Shown one piece after another: positions 55,317 through 63,417 of a stretch of 64,000 bases of DNA (the stretch's first letter is position 1; every line of letters starts with the position of its first letter). The position numbers were made by a program, and so were the translations under genes. Below the pieces are notes generated by a model. It was given only the letters and a program-made list of their open reading frames with translations. It did no database searches and was not told the DNA's origin. The stretch is from an uncultured Ruminococcus sp. GTDB taxonomy: Bacteria; Bacillota; Clostridia; Oscillospirales; Ruminococcaceae. The stretch covers positions 4,963 through 68,962 of the forward strand of contig CAYZOV010000005.1 of assembly GCA_964480525.1 (NCBI GenBank). Reading direction: 5' to 3'.

Positions 55317-55500
55317 GAAAATTGCAAACTCCGATTGCTGCTACACAAAACCTGAAATACATAGGACAAAGTATCCACACATACTATCGGTTGGAATTTG
55401 CATTTTTACCAAATTCAAAAAATAGTATGTGCAAAAAAGGATACAGTAATTCCATAAAAAAATACCATGCCCCTAACTGCGTATTCGGTTTTGTGTAGCA
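55317..55500 (-). ncRNA. Candidate structured RNA (cis-regulatory leader/riboswitch-like, or 6S-like sRNA); family not recognised
   Basis: A perfect 14-bp closing helix (55487-55500 with 55339-55352) starts at the predicted TSS. Nested helices follow: 55439-55444/55371-55376, 55422-55431/55378-55387 and 55411-55417/55394-55400. The element is flanked by a consensus promoter and an intrinsic terminator. Confidence 0.45.
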
Positions 55501-55505
55501 ATTTT

Positions 55506-55534
55506 AGTGTAGCACATTTATACAAATTTGTCAA
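55506..55534 (-). promoter_or_regulatory. SigA-type promoter of the structured RNA / lipoprotein operon
   Basis: TTGACA (55529-55534), 17-nt spacer, extended -10 TGcTACACT. Confidence 0.6.
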
Positions 55535-55564
55535 TAGCTTATGCGTAAAAAATGTAAAAAACAT

Positions 55565-55603
55565 AAAAAACTTGCAAAGTTTTTTATCCCTTGCAAGTTT
55601 TTT
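55565..55603 (-). terminator. cadA terminator (hairpin flanked by A/T runs, potentially bidirectional)
   Basis: CUUGCAAGG-loop-CUUUGCAAG 9-bp stem followed by UUUUUU. Confidence 0.7.
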
Positions 55604-55615
55604 AAAATATTAAGT

Positions 55616-57697
55616 TTATGAATTGCTAAGACCCTTACAGTTCATTGCACGAAGTGAGTTTAAAATTGCGATAACCGAAACCCCCACGTCTGCAAAAACC
55701 GCAAGCCACATTCCCGCAAGTCCCAATGCACCCAGAAGCAAAATAAGAATTTTAACCCCAAGTGCGAAAACGATATTCTGTTTTGCGATTATCATTGTCC
55801 TTTTTGAAATTTTAATTCCGTCGGAAATTTTTCTCAAATCGTCATTCATAATAACTACGTCAGCCGATTCGATAGCTATGTCCGAACCGATAGAACCCAT
55901 AGAAAATCCCACGTCTGCCCTTGCGATAACAGGTGCGTCGTTTATTCCGTCGCCTGCAAAAGCTACCACACCGTTGTTTTCGCCGATAAGTTTTTCAATT
56001 TCGCATACCTTTTGTTCAGGCAAAAGTTTACCCACAACTTTTGTAATTCCAGCCTTTTTAGCGATATTTTCGGCAATATTCTGTTTATCGCCTGTGAGCA
56101 TAACCGTTTGCGTTACCCCACACTCATAAAGGTTTTTCATCGCTTCGATTGACGTTTCCTTTATATTGTCGCCCAAATAAATAACACCTATAAGTTTTTC
56201 TTCCACAACTACACATATAGCTGTATAATTATCGTCGTCCAAAACTTCAATTCCCAAAGATTTTACATAATCGGAATTTGCACAAATGATTTTTTTGCCG
56301 TTTATTTCGCCCGAAATACCACAGCCCGAAATTTCTTTTATATTTTCGCAAGGTAAAAATTCTCCGTCATATTCCTTTAGAATTGACTTAGCCACAGGGT
56401 GATTTGAGCCTTTTTCTATTGAAGCGCAAGCTCTCAAAAGCTCGTTTTCAGTACAGTTTATAGCGTTAATCTTTTGGATTTTAAACTCACCTTTTGTAAT
56501 AGTACCCGTTTTATCGAAAGCTACGGTTTTGCAATTTGCCATTTGTTCAATAAATTTTGCACCCTTAATTAAAATTCCGTTTTTGGACGCACAGCCGATT
56601 CCCGCAAAAAACGAAAGCGGAACAGAAATTACAAGTGCGCACGGACAGGAAATAACAAGAAAAACCAACGCTCTGTATATCCATTTGCTAAAGCCTGTAA
56701 ATCCCGAAACAATCGGCGGTACAAGTGCAAGCAGAACAGCCAAAATTACGACAATTGGCGTATAAACTCTTGCAAAACGTGTAATAAACTTTTCAGTTTT
56801 GGCTTTTTGCGACGTAGAATTTTCCACCATTTCCAAAAGCTTTGCAACTGCGGAATTTTCAAAAGTCTTTGTTACTTTAATTTCACAAACGTTAGAAAGA
56901 TTTATGCTACCGCTCAAAATCTCATCGTTTTGTTTTAAGTCAACAGGCAAACTCTCACCTGTCAACGCCGACATATCAAGTGTTGTAGATTTGCTCAAAA
57001 GAACCCCGTCAAGTGCAATTCGCTCCCCTGCCTTAACAGAAATTACGTCACCGATTTTTACGTTTTCGGGTTTTGTTTCTATAATACCTTTTTCAGTAAC
57101 AACGCTTACTATTTCGGGTTTTAATTCCATAAGGTTTTTAATAGATTTTTTGGAACTGTCAACAGCGATTTTCTGAAAAAGTTCGCCAACCTGATAGAAA
57201 ACCATTACGGCAACGCCCTCGTTCATTTCGCCGATAATCATTGCTCCGATTGAAGCAACCGCCATAAGAAAATTTTCGTCAAACGGTCTGCCTTTTAAGA
57301 TATTTCGCACGGCTTCGATTATAACTTCGTACCCCGAAACAACAAACGCAATTATCAGCAAAACCGACGATATTTTTTCAATCGTAAAAAACGACACAGC
57401 GAAAAACAAACCTGCAATAGCAATTTTAATTATGTCAAATTTATAATCCGATTTTTCGGAAGAATTTTCACCGTTTGTAAATTCTGTGACTTCTACGTCA
57501 GGTTCAAGAGATTTAACGATTTTTGTTATTTTATCAAAAATCTCCTCGCTTTCAATGTTGTGTTCAACATAAAGCTTTTTTTCAATAAAGTTTAAATCTG
57601 ACGAAGAAACTCCGTCGATTTTGCTAACTTTTAATGCGATTTTTTCGGCACAATGCGGACAATCAAGTCCGTTTAATATATAAATATTTTTGCTCAT
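55616..57697 (-). CDS. cadA: Heavy-metal (Cd/Zn/Co-type) translocating P1B-type ATPase
   Basis: 693 aa from MSKNIYILNGLDCPHC (HMA CxxC). SCPC transmembrane metal site, DKTGT, GDGINDAP. Confidence 0.93.
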   Translation of the reverse strand: MSKNIYILNGLDCPHCAEKIALKVSKIDGVSSSDLNFIEKKLYVEHNIESEEIFDKITKIVKSLEPDVEVTEFTNGENSSEKSDYKFDIIKIAIAGLFFAVSFFTIEKISSVLLIIAFVVSGYEVIIEAVRNILKGRPFDENFLMAVASIGAMIIGEMNEGVAVMVFYQVGELFQKIAVDSSKKSIKNLMELKPEIVSVVTEKGIIETKPENVKIGDVISVKAGERIALDGVLLSKSTTLDMSALTGESLPVDLKQNDEILSGSINLSNVCEIKVTKTFENSAVAKLLEMVENSTSQKAKTEKFITRFARVYTPIVVILAVLLALVPPIVSGFTGFSKWIYRALVFLVISCPCALVISVPLSFFAGIGCASKNGILIKGAKFIEQMANCKTVAFDKTGTITKGEFKIQKINAINCTENELLRACASIEKGSNHPVAKSILKEYDGEFLPCENIKEISGCGISGEINGKKIICANSDYVKSLGIEVLDDDNYTAICVVVEEKLIGVIYLGDNIKETSIEAMKNLYECGVTQTVMLTGDKQNIAENIAKKAGITKVVGKLLPEQKVCEIEKLIGENNGVVAFAGDGINDAPVIARADVGFSMGSIGSDIAIESADVVIMNDDLRKISDGIKISKRTMIIAKQNIVFALGVKILILLLGALGLAGMWLAVFADVGVSVIAILNSLRAMNCKGLSNS

Positions 57698-57710
57698 AAG
57701 AATCAATCCT

Positions 57711-58073
57711 TTACTCAGAAATATGCTCGATACCCATACTAAGTATAGTTTCAACGTGGCTATCGGCTATGGAATAATACACCGTTTTTCCGTCACGACG
57801 ATACTTTACAAGTCTGGCTTGCTTCAAAACTCTTAACTGGTGGGAAATTGCGGATTGGGACATATTTAAAAATTCGGCAATATGACACACGCACATTTCC
57901 CCCTTTTGAAGCGCAAAAAGGATATTCACCCTTGTATTATCCCCCAAAACCTTGAAAAGTTCGGACAATTCGTAAACCTGTTCGTCACAGGGCATTGCGT
58001 CCTCCAATTCCAACAATATTTCTTCTTTTGTTCCACCGCAACTGCAATGGTCTTGCGATTTATCACAATTCAT
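57711..58073 (-). CDS. cadC: ArsR/SmtB-family metalloregulator (CadC-like)
   Basis: 120 aa. Cys-rich N-arm (CDKSQDHCSCGG), alpha3 CVC site (GEMCVCHIAEFL), SQSAISHQLRVLK recognition helix. Confidence 0.9.
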   Translation of the reverse strand: MNCDKSQDHCSCGGTKEEILLELEDAMPCDEQVYELSELFKVLGDNTRVNILFALQKGEMCVCHIAEFLNMSQSAISHQLRVLKQARLVKYRRDGKTVYYSIADSHVETILSMGIEHISE

Positions 58074-58102
58074 AATTTTTCCTCCCGTATTCGATTAAAA
58101 CA

Positions 58103-58128
58103 AACATATGAGTATTTGTTCATATGTT
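58103..58128. promoter_or_regulatory. Putative CadC/ArsR operator dyad
   Basis: AACATATGA-N8-TCATATGTT, perfect 9-bp inverted repeat, starting 1 nt downstream of the -10 hexamer. Confidence 0.6.
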
Positions 58129-58157
58129 ATTATATACCTTTATATTTCATTTGTCAA
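58129..58157 (-). promoter_or_regulatory. cadC-cadA promoter
   Basis: TTGACA, 17 nt, TATAAT (perfect consensus). Confidence 0.65.
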
Positions 58158-58166
58158 GCAAAAAAT

Positions 58167-58196
58167 AAAATCGGTGAAAAATTTATCACCGATTTT
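58167..58196 (-). terminator. ldhA terminator
   Basis: AAAATCGGTGA-loop-TCACCGATTTT; a T-run follows on the minus strand. Confidence 0.75.
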
Positions 58197-58212
58197 AAAA
58201 AATCAATACATA

Positions 58213-59247
58213 TTAAAAGCATTTGCCTGTACGTTTTTTCATACATTCTTTTCTGCGTTCACAATGATAACATACTTCGTTATCAAGAATGTTATCATTA
58301 AAGAACTTTTCAATATTTTCAAACGTGGTTTCGGCAATATTTGAAAGTGCTTCGTTAGTCAAAAACGCCTGATGAGATGTAATAATAACATTCGGCATAG
58401 TAATAAGACGTGCAAGGGTATCATCGTTGACGATATGACCTGAAAAGTCCTCAAAGAAAATGTCCGATTCTTCTTCGTAAACGTCAAGACACGCCGCTCC
58501 GACCTTTCGGGACTTGATTCCGTCAAGAAGTGCGTCGGTATCAATCAACGCTCCCCTTGACGTGTTGATAATCACAACGCCTTTTTTCATTCTGTCTACT
58601 GCCCTGCTGTCGATTATATGATTAGTTTCGGCTGTCAACGGACAATGCAGAGAAATTATATCACTTTTTTCAAAAATTTCATCTACCGTAACATAATTTA
58701 TACCGCTGTCTTTTGCGGGATATGGGTCATAAGCTATGACATTCATTCCAAAGCCATTGCAGATATTTATAAAAATTCTTCCGATTTTTCCCGTACCGAC
58801 AACGCCAACGGTTTTACCGTGCAAATCAAAACCCGTTAGACCTGCAAGCGAAAAATTAAAATCTTTCGTTCTGTTATACGCCTTATGAATACGTCTTATA
58901 GAAGTCAGAAGAAGCGCCATAGCGTGTTCGGCAACAGCATACGGAGAATATGCAGGCACACGAACAACATGAATTTTGCCGAAAGCTTCTTTTACGTCAA
59001 CGTTATTAAAACCTGCACAGCGAAGTGCAATAAGTTTGACGCCGTTTTCGTAAAGCCTGTCCACAACTTCTTTATTAACATCATCATTAACAAAAACTAT
59101 TACAACATCATAGCCTTTTGTCAAATCAACTGTATCTTCATTAAGTTTTGCGTCAATGAATTTAAGCTTTATATCCTTATCCCCCAAAGCATTTGTAAAG
59201 CTTTCTCTATCGTAGGGTTTGGAATCAAACATTATTGCTTTAATCAT
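58213..59247 (-). CDS. ldhA: D-lactate / D-2-hydroxyacid dehydrogenase (NAD-dependent)
   Basis: 344 aa. GVVGTGKIGR Rossmann motif and a conserved R/E/H catalytic pattern (TSRGALID, ITSHQAF). Extra 19-aa Cys-rich C-terminal tail. Confidence 0.85.
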   Translation of the reverse strand: MIKAIMFDSKPYDRESFTNALGDKDIKLKFIDAKLNEDTVDLTKGYDVVIVFVNDDVNKEVVDRLYENGVKLIALRCAGFNNVDVKEAFGKIHVVRVPAYSPYAVAEHAMALLLTSIRRIHKAYNRTKDFNFSLAGLTGFDLHGKTVGVVGTGKIGRIFINICNGFGMNVIAYDPYPAKDSGINYVTVDEIFEKSDIISLHCPLTAETNHIIDSRAVDRMKKGVVIINTSRGALIDTDALLDGIKSRKVGAACLDVYEEESDIFFEDFSGHIVNDDTLARLITMPNVIITSHQAFLTNEALSNIAETTFENIEKFFNDNILDNEVCYHCERRKECMKKRTGKCF

Positions 59248-59265
59248 TCTAAATCTCCTTAAAAA

Positions 59266-60636
59266 CTAAATTATAATATATTTTAGCACAAAAAGTACGG
59301 CTAATACATACATAATAGGCGAAACCGATTTTCCTTTTTTGCTAAAGAGTTTAACTACTACATAGAAAATCGAACCAAGAGCAATACCCTCGGAAATGCT
59401 GTATGTAAACGGCATTGCCATAATTGTAATAAATGCCGGTATTCCCTCTGTGATGTCTGAAAAATCAATTTTTGTAATATTTGTTATCATCAAAAATCCT
59501 ACCATTATAAGTGCAGGAGCAGTTGCAAATGACGGAATCGCCATGAAAAACGGGTACAAAATAAGCGAAACCAAAAACAGCAAAGCTGAAGTAATAGCCG
59601 TAAGACCTGTTCTGCCACCCTCTGCAACACCGGAGGAACTTTCAACAAATGTTGTTACGGTTGATGTTCCCAAAACCGCACCTGCGGTTGTTCCCACGGC
59701 GTCAGCAAGCAACGCGCCTTTGATTTTCGGAAGTTTTCCGTCTTTATCCAACATATCCGCCTTTGAAGCAACACCCATAACCGTACCAAGCGTATCAAAG
59801 AAGTCAACAAACAAAAATGCGATAATTACTACAAAAAAGTCAAGGCTTAAAATGTTTGAAAATTCAAGTTTGCAAAATACAGGCGCAATGCTAGGAATGG
59901 AAATTCCACCCGAAAAATCAGGAATAAGGCTGGCATACGATACACCGTCAGGCTTGTAAATTCCTACAATTTCGCAAATTACGCCCAAAAGCCAAGTTCC
60001 GATAATACCGATAAGAATATTACCCTTAACTTTTCTCACCATTAAAATAGAAGTAAGAGCGATTCCCACAACAGCAAGAATAAACGTTATACCCGCAGTA
60101 GAAAATTGTCCGTTGTCAAAAGAATTTTTAAGCGAGAAAATACTAACAAGCGTAGAATCGGAATTAACCACAATTCCGGATTTTTGAAGCCCTATAAAGG
60201 CTATGTAAAAACCAATTCCCACGGAAACGGCATTTTTAAGCGTTGTCGGGATTGCGTCAAAAACAGCTTCCCTAACCTTAGTGAGAGAGAGGACTATGAA
60301 AATAATACCCTCAATAAACACGGCTGTCAATGCAACCTGCCAAGAGTAACCCATATTTCCTACAACCGTGTAGGTAAAATAAGCGTTAAGTCCCATACCC
60401 GGTGCAAGTACAAAAGGATAGTTTGCAAAAAGTGCCATTAAAAGCGTACCCAATGCCGCACTAAGTGCTGTTGCGGTAAACACAGCGCCTTTGTCCATAC
60501 CCGTTTCGCCCAGAATATTTGGGTTTACAACCAGAATATACGCCATTGTCATGAATGTGGTTAAACCTGCGATAATCTCGGTTTTAACGTCTGTTTTGTT
60601 TTCTTTCAATTTGAAAGCTTTGTTCAGAAATTCCAT
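59266..60636 (-). CDS. NCS2/AzgA-family purine (adenine/guanine/hypoxanthine) permease
   Basis: 456 aa, about 13 TM segments; MEFLNKAFKLKE..T.VKTEIIAGLTTF N-terminus typical of the PbuG/AzgA family. Confidence 0.88.
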   Translation of the reverse strand: MEFLNKAFKLKENKTDVKTEIIAGLTTFMTMAYILVVNPNILGETGMDKGAVFTATALSAALGTLLMALFANYPFVLAPGMGLNAYFTYTVVGNMGYSWQVALTAVFIEGIIFIVLSLTKVREAVFDAIPTTLKNAVSVGIGFYIAFIGLQKSGIVVNSDSTLVSIFSLKNSFDNGQFSTAGITFILAVVGIALTSILMVRKVKGNILIGIIGTWLLGVICEIVGIYKPDGVSYASLIPDFSGGISIPSIAPVFCKLEFSNILSLDFFVVIIAFLFVDFFDTLGTVMGVASKADMLDKDGKLPKIKGALLADAVGTTAGAVLGTSTVTTFVESSSGVAEGGRTGLTAITSALLFLVSLILYPFFMAIPSFATAPALIMVGFLMITNITKIDFSDITEGIPAFITIMAMPFTYSISEGIALGSIFYVVVKLFSKKGKSVSPIMYVLAVLFVLKYIII

Positions 60637-60722
60637 TTTTCTTCCCCTTTTTTAAAATTTTTATTATTTACAAGATGTCATCAATTCGACCAATCTTGTA
60701 ATAACCTATATAATACATAACA

Positions 60723-60751
60723 ATTATAACACACGATTTGGATAATTTCAA
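60723..60751 (-). promoter_or_regulatory. Promoter of the NCS2 permease gene
   Basis: TTGAAA, 17 nt, TGtTATAAT. Confidence 0.5.
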
Positions 60752-60827
60752 TAAATTCTTTAATTGTTTATAGAAATGTTTCAATAAAAATATCTTAAAA
60801 GCTATTTGTTTTAAATTGTTTATTAAG

Positions 60828-60855
60828 TTGACAAGTTTTTTTAATATGGTATACT
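60828..60855 (+). promoter_or_regulatory. Promoter of the 60888-62156 gene
   Basis: TTGACA, 16 nt, TGgTATACT extended -10. Confidence 0.55.
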
Positions 60856-60887
60856 TAACTAAAAATAATTTACAAAGGGAGAATTAT

Positions 60888-62156
60888 ATGCGACATTTAA
60901 TTTCTGCAATTTTACATACTGTTATTCTTGTAATTTCTTCAATTATAGTAATACTTGCAGCCGAAAAAAATTTTCAATTTGATTTTCAATACCAAATTAA
61001 AAACACTGAAATGACTGTTGGTCAAGCAGTAGGTTTTGTCAATTCAGACGATGAAGTAACCAACAAGTCCATTGCACAGTTTTATTTAGGTGAAAACACC
61101 TCAAAAGAATTTATTTTGAGTGACGGTATGCTTGAATATTTAAACGAGCATATGGTTAGTGGTTATGTGGCAAAATGCTGGCATTATGCAATAGGTATTC
61201 ACATTTTCGCAGGAATTTTGTGTTTAATATTCGGCGTAGGTTTTCCTTTTAGGCTAGGTCGTGGTAAAACGCTTGGAGATTTTGCCGATAATCTTGTTGG
61301 TGCTGACAGCTCGGCTACTTATACTCAAACGCTTTACAATCTTGACGGAAGTTACGCAGGTCAAGTTACAAGGTCTTTTCGAGATACACAGTCCTGCCTT
61401 GTGACGGGTCTTTTGCTTTTATTATATGGCGTGTTTGTGGTTATTTGGGGTGCTTTAATTGAAGTAGTAATTATTATTGACTTGATAATTTTCTTAATTT
61501 CTTTAATTATTAAACCTCTTTTAGCCAAAAAGCAACCGGAAAATACTACTCAAACGCAAGAAACAAATATCAATGAAAATTTTTATAACAACACATTGAA
61601 CAACACATTAAAAAATAAATCATTGTTTGATTACGAGTTCACTTTAAATGGTGTTAAAATTCAAACACCTATTTGTACAGAAGATTTACGTTACAAGGGT
61701 TTTGTTCCTTGTGAAAACGATTTGAATTTTGGAGTTGTGTCCCCTGATGTAGGCAATAACGACCACGTTTTTGAATGTAATAATTCTAAAATCGGTGCAA
61801 CCATTCTTTTAAGTAAATTACAAAATTACAATGACTATCCACTACACTACGGAAAAGCATTCGGAACTAACGATTTATTTTTCTACCGTGTTTCGTTCTC
61901 ATTAAAATACAATTCAAACAGCAATATTAATTTTAAATTTTTTGGTGGAATACAAATCGGGAAAACAACATTTCGAGAAATTATAGAAAAATTCGGTAAG
62001 CCACACTATGCGACAGATAATTCAAGCTTGATAGTTTACTATGAACACCCAGAATATGTGTCTGATAAAAGTAACCCAACAAAACAATTTGTTGCTTTTG
62101 AATTTGACGAAAACGGTACATTTGAAGCTTTAATACTTGACAACTATAAATACTAA
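60888..62156 (+). CDS. Membrane protein of unknown function with a C-terminal soluble domain
   Basis: 422 aa from MRHLISAIL, with an AGGGAG RBS. The annotated upstream start would overlap the gene's own consensus promoter. 3-4 TM segments, then an N/T-rich linker and a domain of about 170 aa. Confidence 0.6.
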   Translation: MRHLISAILHTVILVISSIIVILAAEKNFQFDFQYQIKNTEMTVGQAVGFVNSDDEVTNKSIAQFYLGENTSKEFILSDGMLEYLNEHMVSGYVAKCWHYAIGIHIFAGILCLIFGVGFPFRLGRGKTLGDFADNLVGADSSATYTQTLYNLDGSYAGQVTRSFRDTQSCLVTGLLLLLYGVFVVIWGALIEVVIIIDLIIFLISLIIKPLLAKKQPENTTQTQETNINENFYNNTLNNTLKNKSLFDYEFTLNGVKIQTPICTEDLRYKGFVPCENDLNFGVVSPDVGNNDHVFECNNSKIGATILLSKLQNYNDYPLHYGKAFGTNDLFFYRVSFSLKYNSNSNINFKFFGGIQIGKTTFREIIEKFGKPHYATDNSSLIVYYEHPEYVSDKSNPTKQFVAFEFDENGTFEALILDNYKY

Positions 62157-62170
62157 AAATGCAATATTTA

Positions 62171-62211
62171 ACCCCAAACTGACAAAACCAATCGGTTTGG
62201 GGTGTTTTTTT
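62171..62211 (+). terminator. Terminator of the 60888-62156 gene
   Basis: ACCCCAAAC...GTTTGGGGT stem followed by GTTTTTTTT. Confidence 0.8.
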
Positions 62212-62218
62212 CACAAAC

Positions 62219-62259
62219 AAAAAAAGACTTGCTACAAGGCGAAAAGCCCTGTAAGCAAG
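62219..62259 (-). terminator. rplM-rpsI operon terminator
   Basis: CTTGCTACAAGGC/GCCCTGTAAGCAAG imperfect stem; on the minus strand it is followed by UCUUUUUUUU. Confidence 0.7.
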
Positions 62260-62279
62260 CCATTTTGTCGATAAAATAA

Positions 62280-62681
62280 TTATCTCTTTGAGAACTGTGG
62301 AGCACGACGAGCAGCCTTCAAGCCGTACTTCTTTCTTTCCTTCATTCTTGGGTCTCTTGTAAGGAAACCAGCCTTCTTAAGCTCTGGACGGAGTTCAGCA
62401 TTGAACTGAAGAAGAGCTCTTGAAAGACCGTGTCTGATAGCACCAGCCTGACCTGTTACGCCACCGCCTGCAACTGTGCAAACGATATCGAAGTTTTCTT
62501 CGTTATTTGTAAGAGCAAGTGGCTGACGAACGATAAGCTTAAGTGTTTCAAGACCAAAGTAATCGTCGATATCTCTGCCGTTGATTGTGATTTTACCAGT
62601 ACCCTGATATACACGAACTCTTGCTACTGAATGTTTTCTTCTACCTGTGCCATAGAAATATGGCTTTTTTGATTCGTACAT
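62280..62681 (-). CDS. rpsI: 30S ribosomal protein S9
   Basis: 133 aa. [19 protein letters not shown] and C-terminal ...RAPQFSKR. Confidence 0.97.
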   Translation of the reverse strand: MYESKKPYFYGTGRRKHSVARVRVYQGTGKITINGRDIDDYFGLETLKLIVRQPLALTNNEENFDIVCTVAGGGVTGQAGAIRHGLSRALLQFNAELRPELKKAGFLTRDPRMKERKKYGLKAARRAPQFSKR

Positions 62682-62697
62682 ATTCTATACTCCTTCC

Positions 62698-63126
62698 TTA
62701 AAACTCGTATTTCTCTGGCTTCTGAGCAGCATTGTTATGCTCAGCACCCTTGTAAACTCTAAGACGCTTAGCAGCAGCTCTGCCAAGTGTGTTGTTAGGA
62801 AGCATACCTTCAACTGCGATTGTCATTGCTCTGTCTGATTCTTCAGCCATAAGCTTTGAATACTTAATTTCTTTAAGTCCGCCAATCCAGCCTGTGTGCC
62901 ACTTGTATGATTTCTGGTCAAGCTTCTTACCTGTGAGAACAGCCTTATCGCTGTTGATGATGATAACGTGGTCACCGCAATCTGCGTGTGGTGCGTATGT
63001 TGGCTTGTGCTTGCCACGAAGAATATGTGCAGCCTTTGCTGCTACTCTACCGAGAGACTGTCCCTCAGCGTCTAAAATATACCACTTGCGAGTAATATCG
63101 CCAGCTTTAGGCATATAAGTTGACAT
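62698..63126 (-). CDS. rplM: 50S ribosomal protein L13
   Basis: 142 aa from MSTYMPKAGD..RKWY..DA.G..LGR.A, with a GGAGG RBS. Confidence 0.97.
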   Translation of the reverse strand: MSTYMPKAGDITRKWYILDAEGQSLGRVAAKAAHILRGKHKPTYAPHADCGDHVIIINSDKAVLTGKKLDQKSYKWHTGWIGGLKEIKYSKLMAEESDRAMTIAVEGMLPNNTLGRAAAKRLRVYKGAEHNNAAQKPEKYEF

Positions 63127-63207
63127 AAAAATTTCCTCCATTCAAAAATTCACATTTTAGTCGTTCACAATCGCAACTCTATGACCGTGAACCTTGCAAC
63201 ATTTGAT

Positions 63208-63236
63208 ATTATACACTACTCAAAAACAAAAGTCAA
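63208..63236 (-). promoter_or_regulatory. rplM-rpsI promoter
   Basis: TTGACT, 17 nt, TATAAT; leader of about 75 nt. Confidence 0.6.
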
Positions 63237-63375
63237 TAGTCAAAATGCCGAATTTTTAATTTATATCCCTCTCACGCTTAAATTCTCTTTAATTCTCTCT
63301 GTTTTTCTCGATTTCTCGTAAATCATTTCATTTTTTTAAGTTTGTAAAAAACGTCTATAATAACAATGATTTCAG

Positions 63376-63411
63376 CAAAAAAGCCGTGCAATTTACATAA
63401 AATCGCACAGC
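63376..63411 (-). terminator. Terminator of the 63418-63921 gene
   Basis: GCUGUGCGAUUU-loop-AAAUUGCACGGC followed by UUUUUUG. Confidence 0.65.
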
Positions 63412-63417
63412 TTAAAA

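Noticed and set aside
55415-55468. 17-codon hydrophobic sORF (MVFFYGITVSFFAHTIF) inside the structured RNA, minus strand.
   Set aside because: The only SD-like sequence (AGGGG) ends 1 nt before the AUG, which is too close. The ORF lies within predicted helices and U-tracts. It is more likely a by-product of U-rich sequence, and I kept it only as a remote type-I-toxin-like alternative.
55281-55534. T-box leader interpretation of the structured RNA.
   Set aside because: There is no T-box sequence (AAnnnGGGUGGUACCGCG-like), no specifier-loop or GA-motif architecture, and the downstream genes are not related to amino acids or tRNA synthetases.
57698-57754. 19-aa extension of cadA overlapping the cadC 3' end.
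   Set aside because: The HMA domain begins right after MSKNIYILNG (ATG 57697). The extension overlaps the cadC coding sequence and has no RBS.
60637-60722. Possible purine riboswitch in the 5' UTR of the NCS2 purine permease.
   Set aside because: The UTR is only about 85 nt. It contains one 7-bp hairpin (ACAAGAU...AUCUUGU) but none of the conserved purine-riboswitch junction or loop sequences (UUUCUACC, CCGUAAAU, loop-loop GG/CC).
60816-60887. Annotated upstream start (MFIKLTSFF...) of the 60816-62156 ORF.
   Set aside because: It would place the start codon upstream of the gene's own -35/-10 (60828-60855). The ATG at 60888 has an AGGGAG RBS.
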